Shown: in pieces, positions 25,195 through 37,645 of the stretch | Position numbering within the stretch: position 1 is the first letter of the stretch | How the letters are laid out: each line of letters starts with the position of its first letter | Assembly (NCBI GenBank): GCA_951406725.2 | Contig: OX597825.1 | Coordinates: 7,316,001-7,380,000, forward strand | Reading direction: 5' to 3' | Origin: Octopus vulgaris | Lineage: Eukaryota | Length of the DNA: 64,000 bases | Notes under the pieces: generated by a model | Database searches by the model: none | What the model saw: only the letters and a program-made list of their open reading frames with translations | What the model was told of the DNA's origin: nothing | Program-made: the position numbers and the translations under genes

Positions 25195-25330
25195 AAGTTT
25201 TCCAAGACAGCTATACAATGGGTACGACCAGATGGACGAAGAAAGAGAGGCACAAGAAGACATGGTTCATCATCTTAGCATCACCCGAGAAGATGCTTGC
25301 GACTATTCTCGAAACCAAATGTCCCGGCCA
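25195..25330 (+). mobile_element. RTE LINE 3' remnant
   Basis: From 25201 the frame reads SKTAIQWVRPDGRRKRG, then KKTW after a frameshift; a typical RTE C-terminal motif. Confidence 0.55.
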
Positions 25331-25413
25331 ACTGTGCAAGAAGAACTGAGACAAGAAACATCGCTAGAGATACACAAAAAGTTCATAAAGAGAACTATTT
25401 TATTGGCAAGCTA

Positions 25414-25630
25414 GTGAATTTCACAGTATAGCTGTGAAAACAGCTGAGTATTCTACGATTAAGCTAAACGTCAGCGGGCCGTTTAGCTTAATGGTAGAGT
25501 ACTCAGCCGTTATCTGAGGGGTACCGGTTCGATTCCCGTAGTCGCCTACTGACAATTTTTTTCCCCGTCTTATAGAAATAAATACCAAATCTTATGCTGT
25601 TTTCACGGCTGTATTGCATTCAAAATCCAC
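25414..25630. mobile_element. MITE-like element with 21-bp imperfect TIRs enclosing a tRNA-like unit
   Basis: cagtatagctgtgaaaacagc (25424-25444) vs gctgttttcacggctgtattg (25596-25616), 18/21 Watson-Crick matches, extendable outward. Confidence 0.6.
25477..25547 (+). pseudogene. tRNA-Asn(GTT)-like sequence (pseudo-tRNA / Pol III unit)
   Basis: D arm tagcttaatggtagagta, anticodon arm ctcag-ccGTTat-ctgag, T arm accgg-ttcgatt-cccgt, weak acceptor stem, and a T7 run at 25556-25562. Confidence 0.6.
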
Positions 25631-26088
25631 TTCCTTGACCGTAAAATAACAAACACATTCGACGCAAAAATGAAATGTAAGATTATAGACCGGAACACAC
25701 ACAAAGAGAACTATTTGGAGGCAAACTTCAATGACAAATACTTCGTATCCATTGAATCTCAACGGCTTTTATCTTGTCTATTTGCAAACCAAAGTACTTC
25801 TGTGCGGATGGCGCGTCAATATCACAGATTGTTTTCATATTTTCTTCATAAAAAACAGGAAGGGGCATGCGCCTATCGTGTAAAATATCTTTTAGCGCAG
25901 TCGAGTTTGGATTGTGATGTGAGGCGGCTGTTGCCAGTTAAAACTGGTGGAGTAAATATTTAACAATCTTGACGAGAACAATTGAGTCACCGGAAGTTGT
26001 GGTGAAACCATTAATCAGTTGAATGAAAGAGCATATTACCTCTACACACACACACACACACACGTGTACATATATGTATAGAAACACG

Positions 26089-26186
<98 letters not shown>

Positions 26187-26187
26187 C

Positions 26188-26237
<50 letters not shown>

Positions 26238-26285
26238 ATCTATCTATCTATCTGCCTATCTATCTATCTATTTATCTATCTACCT
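26089..26285. repeat. (TCTA)n tetranucleotide array
   Basis: Direct inspection. Confidence 0.95.
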
Positions 26286-26292
26286 ATGTGTG

Positions 26293-26324
<32 letters not shown>

Positions 26325-26461
26325 TGTATGCGTTCGCATGCACTCGCGCTATGTACGTGTGGTGGTAACTAAAAAAAGAAAGGTTAAAACATGTATAAAG
26401 AGACAAAATGAGAAAGAGACGGAGTAAGAGGGTTTAAACTCGAACGCACAGTTACATGAAG

Positions 26462-26497
<36 letters not shown>

Positions 26498-26577
26498 GCA
26501 GCGAGTACGGCAGTAGTTGTCTCTCCATGGCAAACTGTTTATCAGACGTTTTTGGATATATATTATATATATCTGTG

Positions 26578-26623
26578 GTAGATAAATAGATAAATAGATA
26601 GATAAATAGGTAGATAAATAGAT

Positions 26624-26711
<88 letters not shown>

Positions 26712-26759
26712 TGATTGATAAGTAGGTAGGTAGATAGGGAGGTAGGTAGTTAGACAGAC

Positions 26760-26826
<67 letters not shown>

Positions 26827-26879
26827 GAGATAGAGAGAGAGATGGAAAGAGAGACAGATAGATGGATAGAGAGATAGAC

Positions 26880-26919
<40 letters not shown>

Positions 26920-26949
26920 AGAGAGAGAGAGAGATAGATAGATAGGTAA

Positions 26950-26982
<33 letters not shown>

Positions 26983-27003
26983 TGGATAGACAGACAGACA
27001 GAC

Positions 27004-27065
<62 letters not shown>
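26578..27065. repeat. (GATA)n compound array, inverted relative to 26089-26285
   Basis: Direct inspection. Confidence 0.95.
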
Positions 27066-27066
<1 letters not shown>

Positions 27067-27277
27067 GAAGTGACGGGAAGGGAGCAAAAATGAAACGTAA
27101 GATTATAGACCAGAACACACACAACTCTGCAGCCCACACTTCTGTTGTCTGCGCGCCAAAAGTTCACATGCTTCGCCGAACTATTTAGCTTGTTGCCAAA
27201 ACAGCAGCACAATACAAACATCATTCCACTCTGGGATTTCTCAGTCTTTCCTTTCCCCTCTTCCCCCGTTCCCTCCT

Positions 27278-27326
<49 letters not shown>

Positions 27327-27699
27327 TCCACCTCTCTTTTTACCTTTCTATTTTATCTCATTTCTGTTTCTTCTCCGACTCCTCTTTCTCTGTGATTTCA
27401 TTTATTTATATTTGATAAAAAGAAAAGAGGATGGGGTTTCGAACTAACATGTCAATTACTTTGCTATTTTAACTGTAGACTTACCTCTTGTCATCTCGCT
27501 GTGGCATATCCAGTTTTCAAACGTGCATATGTATATATGTATGCATGCATGATGTATGTATGTGTATGGGTGGATATATGTATATTTATATATATATAAA
27601 TGTATGTGTGTATGTGTATATATATGTATGTATATATGTATGTATGTGTATATATGTATAATATATATATGTGTATATATATGTATATATATATGTATG

Positions 27700-27785
<86 letters not shown>

Positions 27786-28325
27786 TGTATGTATGTATGT
27801 ATGTATGTATATAACTAAATAAATCCTGCGGGAATTGTTAATTACACAGGGAAAAAAGGATTCTGAATGTATTTTACTTTTTAACTCATGAATGTTGCAG
27901 TAATTAAAATTAGAGTAATTAATTAGTAATTATACTAGTTAATAATAGTAATTATAATTACACTCCTCTTTTGTTCCTATCTTCATGCTGAGATATTTAT
28001 GAATAGATCAATTAAGTCTTGCAATTTATTCCATACTAATGAGGTCTAATTAGAGTGAAACATGCCCACAGTTGTGTTTAGATCAGACAACCCCATTGAA
28101 ATAACTCAAAAGGATTTAATTCATAATTTCTTGAAACATTTACATTTATACAAAACTGAGGTGCGCGTGCAGTGTTACGAACTCAGAGTGGTGCAATCAA
28201 TAATTCGGAAAAATGGTCACTGATACAAACGTCACATGTATTCTAGTAAGGGACTCGCTAAGTTCTGATCAGTAATTAGCGTTTAGAATTATATAATGTT
28301 TGATAGTTATTTAACTAACTCCTCA

Positions 28326-28757
28326 ATATTCTTTTCTACTCTAGGCACAAGGCCCGAATTTTTTTTTGTGTGTGTGTGTGTGTGTGGGGGGACAGTTGAT
28401 TAGATCGACCCAGGACACATCTGGTACTCAATTTATTGACCCTGAAAGGATGAAAGGCGGAAGTTGAATTCAGAACGTAATGACAGACGAAATAACGCTA
28501 AGCATTTCAACTGGCATGCTAACGTTTCTGGCAGCTCGCCGCCTTCACTAATGGTTATATTTTCTACTCTAGACACAAGGCCCGAAATTTTGGGGATTAG
28601 ATCGACCCCAATACGCAAATGGTACTTAATTTATTGAGCTGGAAAGGATGAAAAGCAAAGTCGACCTCGGTGGAATTTGAACTCAGATCGTAAACACAGA
28701 TGAAATACAGCTAAGCATTTCGCTCGGCGTGCTAATGTTTCTGCCAGCTCATCGCCT
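28326..28757 (-). mobile_element. SINE family B tandem dimer within a single TSD
   Basis: Two complete units, flanked by ctaa(c/t)tcctcaatattc at 28315-28331 and 28760-28776. Confidence 0.85.
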
Positions 28758-29173
28758 TCCTAATTCCTCAATATTCCTACAATGAAAAGTGACGAGCTGG
28801 AAGTATCATTAGCACACCGGGCAACATATTTGGCGACATTTATATATATTAACGACAGAAGATGGAATTCACGAGAGTTTATTATTAATCGCAACGATTG
28901 TTTCGACACATCAAGCATTGATTCCTTTTGGTTGGGACACTCAACAACTGATTCAGGGACATCCGGTGGTGCAGATGTATCTCGTCGGGTGATAAATAAA
29001 TACAACTCATTAAAATGACTGTGTTCCGCAATGTAACTTTCCGTTTTGTAGAAAGAAAAGCAGCCAGACAGAGGAAATATCTTCATTTATATAGAAGATA
29101 AACATAAAATCACAGATGGTAAAAAGAGAAATGAATATGCAATCCAGCAAAAAATTAAAGTATTATTAAAAGT

Positions 29174-29237
<64 letters not shown>

Positions 29238-29931
29238 TATATATATATATCTATGTATACACGCGCACACACGTACATATACATGTACAAATGCATATAT
29301 TCATAACGTAACACATAGCTGTGCTGTGTTCTTGGTTTGCGTCAACTGTTCCCACAGGAAACCAACGGCATAACGGAAGATAAAATGGTGATTCCACTGT
29401 CACCAATATTATTACAATCTCCGCCAACGCCGCGACCACCACCACCACCACCACCACCTTCAAAACCGTAAATAACTACAACATCAAGAACAAGAACAAT
29501 CCTTTCCAGTAATAAACCAATATAGCTATCAACCACATTCCCGGCTTCTAAACGCTGATTATCTTCTTCGACCAGCCACCCTACACTACAAATTTCTCCC
29601 CACCTCAATTCTATTTAAGGGTGGATTTCATATCCGAGGCCCCTCCCTTGCACACCCAATATATCTCCATGTATGCCCTTATCCTAAGCACACAAATATT
29701 TGCTTATGTTCCTTTTTTTCCTTTCGTTTGTTTGTTTTTGATGCTACTCTGCATATTCTAATGTAAGACAACACAAAATATTTTTGGCTCTGATTTCTCT
29801 CTGAAAATGTTTCCCACACTTCTTCTATATCATCCTCCTCCTCTCTCTCTCTCCCTCTCTCTAGACCCTAACCCATCATTATTAACTACAACAGTAACAC
29901 TAACCACTACTACTACTACTAATAATAATAA

Positions 29932-30560
29932 TCCTTTCTACTGTAGGCACAAGGAATGAAAATTTTGGGGAGGAGATTACTTCGACCCCACTGCGTAACT
30001 GGTACTTAATTTATCGACCCCGAAAGGATGAAATGCGAAGTCGACCTCGGTGGAATTTGAACTCAGAACGTAACGGCAGACGAAATGCCTATTTATTTAC
30101 TACCCACAAGAGGTTAAACACATAGAGAACAAACAAGGACAGACAAACGGATTAACTCGATTATATCGACCCCAGTGCGTAACTGGTACTTAATTTATCG
30201 ACCCCGAAAGGATGAAAGGCAAAGTCGACCTCGGCGGAATTTGAACTCAGAACGTAGCAGCAGACGAAATACCGTTAAGCATTTCGCCCGACGTGCTAAC
30301 GATTATGCCAGCTAACCCTTTCTATTATAGGCACAATGCCTGAAATTTTAGGGGAGGAGATAAGTGGATATCATCGACCCATTACTCAACTGGTACTTAT
30401 TTTATCGACTCCGAAAGGATGAAAGGCAAAGTCGAGCTTGGTGGGATTTGAACTAAGCATTTCCCCCGACGCTAAGCATTTTTCTTTTTTAATTTTGTCC
30501 TGGGACCAACAATTTTGAGGAGAGGGACAAAGTCGATGGAATCGACCCTAGTAGTCGACT
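29932..30560 (-). mobile_element. SINE family B multimer (3-4 units)
   Basis: Repeated actggtactta..tatcgac(c/t)ccgaaaggatgaaa..gtcga units. Confidence 0.85.
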
Positions 30561-30832
30561 GTTTCTTCATAGGATTGCCAATAAGTATTTTTTTCCGATT
30601 CTCTCGCTATTCAACCAATCCATTTTTGTTTTCGCTCCGTCAGGTTTCCCAACCGTAATAACCACGTACTTAACTTATTACTACACACACACACACACAC
30701 ACACAGCTTAAACATATTTCTTTCCGCACATTAGCTATTTTCTCCGAAGAACATTTCTCTTCTTTCATTACCTGTCAAAAATGCTGCGCCCATTACCTAT
30801 CTATCCATTCCTCTATCTAACTATATTATGTA

Positions 30833-30834
<2 letters not shown>

Positions 30835-30904
<70 letters not shown>

Positions 30905-30985
30905 ATCCGTCTATCTATCTATCTTTCTATCTATCTATCTATCTACCTACCTGTCTCTCTTTCTCTCTATTTATCTCTCTCTCTA

Positions 30986-31059
<74 letters not shown>

Positions 31060-31105
31060 CCTACCTATCTACCTACCTGTCTCTCTCTCTCTCTCTATCT
31101 ATCTA
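30835..31105. repeat. (CTAT)n/(CT)n array
   Basis: Direct inspection. Confidence 0.95.
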
Positions 31106-31322
31106 TCTGCCTGCTTGTCTGCGTGTTGTCCATCAGTCTACATAGCTACGCATCTGTCAATACATCTCTCCATCCACCCGTCTGTCTAACTACGTATATA
31201 CATCTACGTGTACCTGTCTGCATATACGTACACACACACACACCTTCTGTTTGTCATTTTTGTATGTCAGTTTTCTGCCTCCTTTCCTCTCAGCTCATCC
31301 ATTTCCTTCGCTTTAACATCAT

Positions 31323-31405
<83 letters not shown>

Positions 31406-31609
31406 CTTATATCTTCATTTTTATTTTTTTCTTCCTGCCTATATTGTTTCACCTTTTCTCTGTTTCCTTTCTCTACATTTTTACTCTCTGACTCAAGTTT
31501 CCGCCTTTTCTTTCAGAATGTTATCCATCTACATTCTGTAATTCACTCCGTGCATAGTTTAACATGTATGGGGTGGTGGTGGTGGTGGCTGACAAAATAC
31601 ATACATTCA

Positions 31610-31644
<35 letters not shown>

Positions 31645-31646
<2 letters not shown>

Positions 31647-31806
31647 GCGTAGGTGTGGCTGCGTGGTAGGAAGCTTGTTTCCTAACCACACGGTTCGAGG
31701 TTCAGTCCCGCTGCGTGGAACCTTGGGCAAGTGTCTTCTACTATAGCCTCGGGCCGACCAAAGCCTTGTGAGTAGATTTGGTAGAAGGAAACCGAAAGAA
31801 GCCCGT

Positions 31807-31867
<61 letters not shown>

Positions 31868-32140
31868 GTATGTATGTATGTATGTATGTATGTATGTATG
31901 TATGTATGTATGTATGTATGTATGTATGTGTGTATTTATATCTGTGTTTGTCACCCCATCATTACTTGACAGCCGATGTTGGTGTGTTTACGTCCCCGAA
32001 ACTTAGCGGTGTGGCGAAAGACACCAACAGAATAAGTACTAGGCCTAAGAAATAAGTTCCTGGGTGGGGTGAGCGGAGGCAAGGTGGTGCTCCAGCATGG
32101 CCGCAGTCAAACGACTGAAACAAGTTTAAGCATAAAAGAT
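31645..32140 (+). mobile_element. SINE family A, full length, with internal (TA)/(TATG) microsatellite
   Basis: Head aggcgtaggtgtggctgcgtggtagg, core ccttgggcaagtgtcttctactatagcc, tail gtgctccagcatggccgcagtcaa..gactgaaacaag. Confidence 0.9.
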
Positions 32141-32803
32141 TGTATTCATGCATAGATATTTACATACACATTGCGTTTGCGACTGTGTTTCTAAGTGTGT
32201 GTGTGTGTGTGTATTTATGTGTCTATATTTTATGACCATATATGTATATTATACACCCACATGCATACTCTCTTTACTTTCCTTAATACAGCTCTTTGTT
32301 CTGCTTTACCAGGCGATCTTTCACGATATTAGTTCCCCTCCATTTTCCTCTCCTACTCTCCACTGTCTCTTTCACCTCTGGAATTCAGCGCTGGATTTCA
32401 CCACTTTCCCATCTTAAAACTCTTCTACCGAGTAAAAAAATGCAAAATTCTTTGATTTTTTTTTGATTTTTTAAAAACACTATTTCCTTATTTTTAACCT
32501 TCTATCCTTGCTGCTGTGTACTACGACTTCACCTCCAATACTTTGCGGTTATATCATCACTGTTTTAGACTCTTCATCCATGCGTCTTTTATATGTTATT
32601 TTTCTCGCTTTTCCTATATATTTTTTTAACCTTTTCTATCTTTCTTCTGATGAATGACCAGCCTCCAAAACGCCGCAACTGTATCCCATCTTCTTAAGCA
32701 TTAAACTAATACAATATGTGTTAAAACTTATCCCTCTCGTATTTTCTTTTAGCATTCATTGCCCGGAAAAGGTGCAAGGATGTGCGTGCGGCCAGCTCCA
32801 ATC

Positions 32804-32887
32804 AAACTATAAAGTGGGACCAGTTCCCATGAAACTATAAAGTGGGGCAAGCTCCGATGAAACTATAAAGTGGGACCAGCTCCGATG
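32804..32887. repeat. 28-bp minisatellite, 3 copies
   Basis: aaactataaagtggg(acc/gca)ag(t/c)tcc(c/g)atg repeated three times. Confidence 0.9.
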
Positions 32888-33108
32888 AAGCTTTGAGTTC
32901 ACTGCAAAAAGTAGGGTATATATATATATGTGTGTTTGATTCTCTTGAAAGCTTAAGACTTCACAAATCATTACTCTGAATCTCATATTTCCGTTTTCAT
33001 GCGCAAATTAGGAAAAATAGAACATTTTAGGAGATATCTAACAGCAACCATAATCAAAAATCAAAATGAATGTCGAATACTGAATGGCTGAACCTGGTCC
33101 ACTGTACA

Positions 33109-33156
33109 AGCGTTCTCCTGATGAGTAGCTTCAGTTAGAAACAGTCAGACAACGCT
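33109..33156 (+). ncRNA. minimal type I hammerhead ribozyme motif
   Basis: agcgtt ctc-CTGATGA-g tagc ttca gtta-GAAA-CAG-TC|agac aacgct: intact core, distal stem I agcgtt/aacgct, GUC triplet. Confidence 0.6.
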
Positions 33157-33786
33157 GGATTAAAGAGGCCACGTTTATCCAAGATACATCTTGCACACAT
33201 GATGCTTTGGCTACAAAAGATGTCTGTGCTGTTATCGACACTATATTTTCATCCATTAGCTCTAATTTAAGCTACCCAAATTTCTAGATCTAAGTGTCGG
33301 CGGATAGATGTCTTTGCTAGTATATACGCAGTGAAGCTATACACAATAGCGTCGTATTTATTACGATTGCTATTTTCCAATAAATATTGGTACCTTGTTG
33401 TACCATTTATCTATTTTTATATGTATAATTTTATCCTTATGGGCTATCTTTTACTGGAAAGTAATACATTCGTATTGCATTATTATTTTCATTGAAACTT
33501 CTTCACTGTTCTCGTTCTGTTAACGTTTTGGCGTTCAGACGAGGTATTGATGTAGCAACATGTGAAATCTTGCCTAGGTAAATGCAGCTGATGAAGATTA
33601 ATCAAATTTACGTTGACAAACGTATTTGGAGAGTCAGAAACCGGTCCTGCATTATCCGATTCTAGGTTGTTCATTTATCAGATGTTCTTCCTAGAGGTAA
33701 GACAAATGTTTTTCATGTTTGTTGCACACACGCGTCTTTGCTAGTATATACGCAGTGAAGTTATATATATATATATATATGTTTCA

Positions 33787-34142
33787 TGGCTCTCTGTCGG
33801 TTACGGCGACTAGGGTTTCAGTTGATCCGATCAACGGAACAGCTTGCTCGCGAATTTAACGTGCAAGTGGCTGAGCACTCCACAGACACGTGTACCCTAA
33901 TGTGGTTCTTGGGGGAGATTCAGCATGACACAGTGTGTGACAAGGCTGGCCCCTTTGAAATAAGGTACAACAGAAACAGGAAGAAAGAGTGAGAGAAATT
34001 TGTAGTGAAAGAGTACAGTAGGGTTCGCAACTGCCCAATGTTTTCGCTCAATAAACACTCACAGCACCTGGTCTAGGAACCGAAACAGCGATCCTACGAC
34101 CATCAGTTCGCCGGCCTAACCACTGGGCCATTGCGCCTCCAC
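33787..34142 (-). mobile_element. SINE family C, full length
   Basis: Reverse-complement match to 5168-5548 along its length; head gtggaggcgcaatggcccagtggttagg. Confidence 0.9.
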
Positions 34143-34977
34143 TATTATTCAACTAAAAGTAATTAATTAAAAATCATTCTTCATAGGCTAATTACTATCA
34201 CACATGTTCCTCTTATAGTGTTTTTATGGATGTGCGTGCGTGTGTGTGTTGCTGTAGCTTTGCGTGTATGAATGTGTGCGTGTTAATTAGGACATAGGTG
34301 TATACTTATGTGCACACCTGTGAACTAAAGTATATGCATGCATTCGTATAGTTATATATAAGTATGTGATTGTATGTGTTTATGTGTGTGTCTAAGTGTG
34401 TGTATCTATGTGTGCGCGTAGATTTAAGTATGTATGTGTGGTTGTGCAGATCTATATATATATATATGCAAGTGTTCTTTGAATGCAAGTAGATAAACGT
34501 GTAGTACGTGTGTAAGAATGTATTTACGTGTGTGCGTATGCGTACGAATATGTACTTGCGTGAGTGGTCCGTATGTGTATGGGTTCTTGCTTGCATGTGC
34601 GTATATGTGCGTATATGTGCATGATGTGCGTGTGTGTTACGCAGAGGCTTTTGAAAGTGTTTGCTACACGTAGAGAGTCGCTAGTTTTCTCACGAAGATT
34701 TCCCTCCGAGATAAAAGTGTCTGCTTCAGCTGGTACCTTCGTCTCTCGCGTCTTGTTCTTTTATATTTTCTCTCTCTCATTTTTTTTTCTGTGACGATTT
34801 AAACATGATCTTCAGACAATTTTATTCACACAGTTGTTTGCTAACAAGCGTGTGAAGAACGTTTTTAGTGCATTATCGTATTAACACGTGGCGAGGATCC
34901 CTTGCCACGCTCCCTCAATGCGTTTATGATAGCTTCTGTATATTTGCGTGTGTGTATGTGTGTATGTGCGTGTGTGA

Positions 34978-35016
<39 letters not shown>

Positions 35017-35182
35017 TGTATATATATATATATATATATGATAGTATATATATATGTATATATATGAGATTAGAAAAGAGAAAAAAAGGGCTAGATTGAT
35101 AGGTCTAGGTATTTGCGTGCTTAAATATACGTACATACAAGCATATATATATATATACAGATATATACGTATGTATATATAT

Positions 35183-35246
<64 letters not shown>

Positions 35247-35320
35247 ATGTATATATAAGTATATGTATGTATCTATATATATATATATGTTATGTGTATA
35301 TATATATATAAATATGTATG

Positions 35321-35351
<31 letters not shown>

Positions 35352-36149
35352 GCACATATATACACATGTATGTATATATACCCATGTATATATACATACA
35401 TAAATGCATATGTATGTAAATACCCATATATATAGGTATATATATATATGCATGCATATGTGTGTGTGTGTGTGTGTACGCATACACCTGCGGCATCATT
35501 AATATACACAGGAAAATATACAAACAGCCATACAACGAAATAGATGGATACAAACGTAGCTGTATACATGCATACATATACACATGTGTGTATACATATA
35601 TTAGAGAAATAGAGAGATAGAGATGTAGATAGGTAGATGGAGAGAGAGAGAGAGAAACAGAGCGAGCGAGGTAGGTATAGAGAGATAATGGTATAAAAAT
35701 CTAGATAAAGATGTTGAATTTGCCTGCAAACATATCTCTGAGCATGCACATGCATACACACACATATAAGCAGACACTCACTTACATATACACGCACACA
35801 TACACACACACGCACACACACACACACATGCACACACACTCACAGAGGGAATATCAGTCATTGAAAGCGAAGGGGAAGGAGAAAGGGAAAGGAGAGAGAG
35901 GTGATAGATGCGAAGGTAGAGCGATATGGGTAGATTAATCTCTTGACACCGAGATATGTATCACTTCATACAGACACACACACACACACACACAATCATT
36001 AATACACACACACATGCACACCCATATACACACACTGCACATACACATACACACACACCTATAAAATAAAATCTAGAAAGAAAACTATAAATATATAAAG
36101 CACAAAATTATTTCTCTGTAATACTATCCTGGTTTTAAGATAGAGTTCT

Positions 36150-36589
36150 AAGGCGACGAGCTGGCAGAATCGTTACCGTGCCGGGCAGAATACATAGCGG
36201 CATTTCTTATGTATCTTAGTTCAAATTCCACCAAGGTCGACTTTGCTTTTTATCCTTTCGGGGTCGATAAAATATGTACCAGTTGAGTACTGGAGTCGAT
36301 GTAATCAACTAGACTCCTCCCCGGAAGACAGCGAGCCGGCAAAATCAGTAGCACGACGGGTTTAGCGGCATTTCGTCTGTCTTTAAGGTCTGAGTTCAAA
36401 TTTCGCAGAAGTCGACTTTGCCTGTCAATCTTTCAAGGTCGATAAAATAAGTACCAGTAAAGCACTGGGGTCGATGTAAATTACTTAACCCCTTTTTCTA
36501 ACTTGCTGGCCTTGTGCCAAAGTTTGAAATTAATATTATAGAAGCTGCTGTTCCGCCGAGGTCGGCGTTGCCTTTCGTCGTTTCGGGAG
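36150..36589 (+). mobile_element. SINE family B tandem copies plus fragment
   Basis: Two heads (aggcgacgagctggcagaatcg and cagcgagccggcaaaatc) each followed by gtcgactttgc..gtcgataaaat..gtaccag. Confidence 0.8.
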
Positions 36590-36839
36590 CTGGTGACCAT
36601 AGTCAAGGAGGTATCCGAAGATCTTCCTAAAGTTATAGTGAGGAACGCATGCACCAGGTTCCGGAGCAACCCCGAGGCCGTGGTAGAAGCTGAGGGTAGC
36701 TACTTTTAGTAAACTGTTATCTCCCAGCCATAATCTAATTAATATTTTTTGATTTTTTGAAATGCTTTCATTTTTGGATGAGATAGTGTGCTTTCTTATC
36801 GTTTGCTGAAAACAGTCAAATTTAGACCCAAAAACTGTA
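36590..36839 (+). mobile_element. Tc1/mariner superfamily transposase C-terminus and 3' end
   Basis: 36590-36709 encodes LVTIVKEVSEDLPKVIVRNACTRFRSNPEAVVEAEGSYF*, similar to the Tc1/maT C-terminal 'AC..F..RL.AV....G..FE' motif. The element ends in ..ctg-TA. Confidence 0.7.
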
Positions 36840-36939
36840 CGTGTGCGCATTGTAATACTGTTGCTGACTTTGTTTCCGCTTACATTTCAGCGAAAAGCAG
36901 TTGGTCGAATTGAGTTCGATAAACTATGTAGTCTTTTCC

Positions 36940-37188
36940 TTGCGCCCTTTTAAAGCCTAGTCAGGCTCCTGGGCCCGGTTTCCCGGTTTCAATGGCGTAT
37001 GTGTTCCCCAGCTGGACGGGGTACCAGTCCATCGCAGCGTTAATCATTTTTGCCAGTTGAGTGGACTGGAGCAATGTGAAATGAAGTATTTTGCTCAAGA
37101 ACACAACCCGTCGCCCGGTCCAGGAATCGAAACCACAATCTTACGGTCATGATGCTGACACCATAACCACTAAGCCACGCGCCTCCAC
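36940..37188 (-). mobile_element. SINE family D (tRNA head + CORE-like segment)
   Basis: Minus strand reads gtggaggcgcgtggcttagtggtt..ggtttcgattcctgg..gtgttcttgagcaaaatacttcatttcacattgctccagtccactca..ctgcgatggactgg. Confidence 0.8.
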
Positions 37189-37261
37189 AAAATATGCATT
37201 AGACTGAGATAATCACTATGGTTACACAAAATATGCATTAGACTGAGATAATCACTATGGT
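37186..37261. repeat. perfect 37-bp tandem duplication at the SINE D junction
   Basis: cacaaaatatgcattagactgagataatcactatggt at 37186-37222 and 37225-37261. Confidence 0.9.
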
Positions 37262-37577
37262 CATTAACCCTTAATTGTGGTGCCCCAGCATAACCATAGT
37301 CCAATCTCTGAAACCACTAAATAACTAAGTAAATATCTAAAATTAAAATAAGACAGATGAAAACAAAGAAAAAAAAACCCATTTATTTCCCTTTCGGATT
37401 TCGTTGCAGTATCGCACCACTTTTCACACATCCATGTTCCTACATCCATAAATATTACTCGATGCTAGAACAAATAGTTATCTAACATTCTCACACTTAT
37501 ATTTATATAAGCATCGACTGACATCCAAGTATAAAGGCGCATCTATAACACATACACGAATAAATATGCACAGAGAT

Positions 37578-37645
<68 letters not shown>

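Noticed and set aside
25477-25547. Functional tRNA-Asn gene
   Set aside because: Mismatched acceptor and T stems and C instead of U at position 33; kept only as tRNA-like.
32804-32887. CRISPR-like short repeat array
   Set aside because: Contiguous 28-bp tandem units without unique spacers, in a eukaryotic context, with no cas genes.
33587-33615. Extra ctgatga-type matches (33587+, 34809-, ~53190-, 41176+)
   Set aside because: They lack a properly placed GAAA and/or stems I-II, so they are not counted as ribozymes.
34887-34909. Hairpin cgtggcgagg-atc-ccttgccacg (also a 15-bp stem at 15204-15237)
   Set aside because: Too short for a pre-miRNA; isolated hairpins are expected by chance or from MITE decay.
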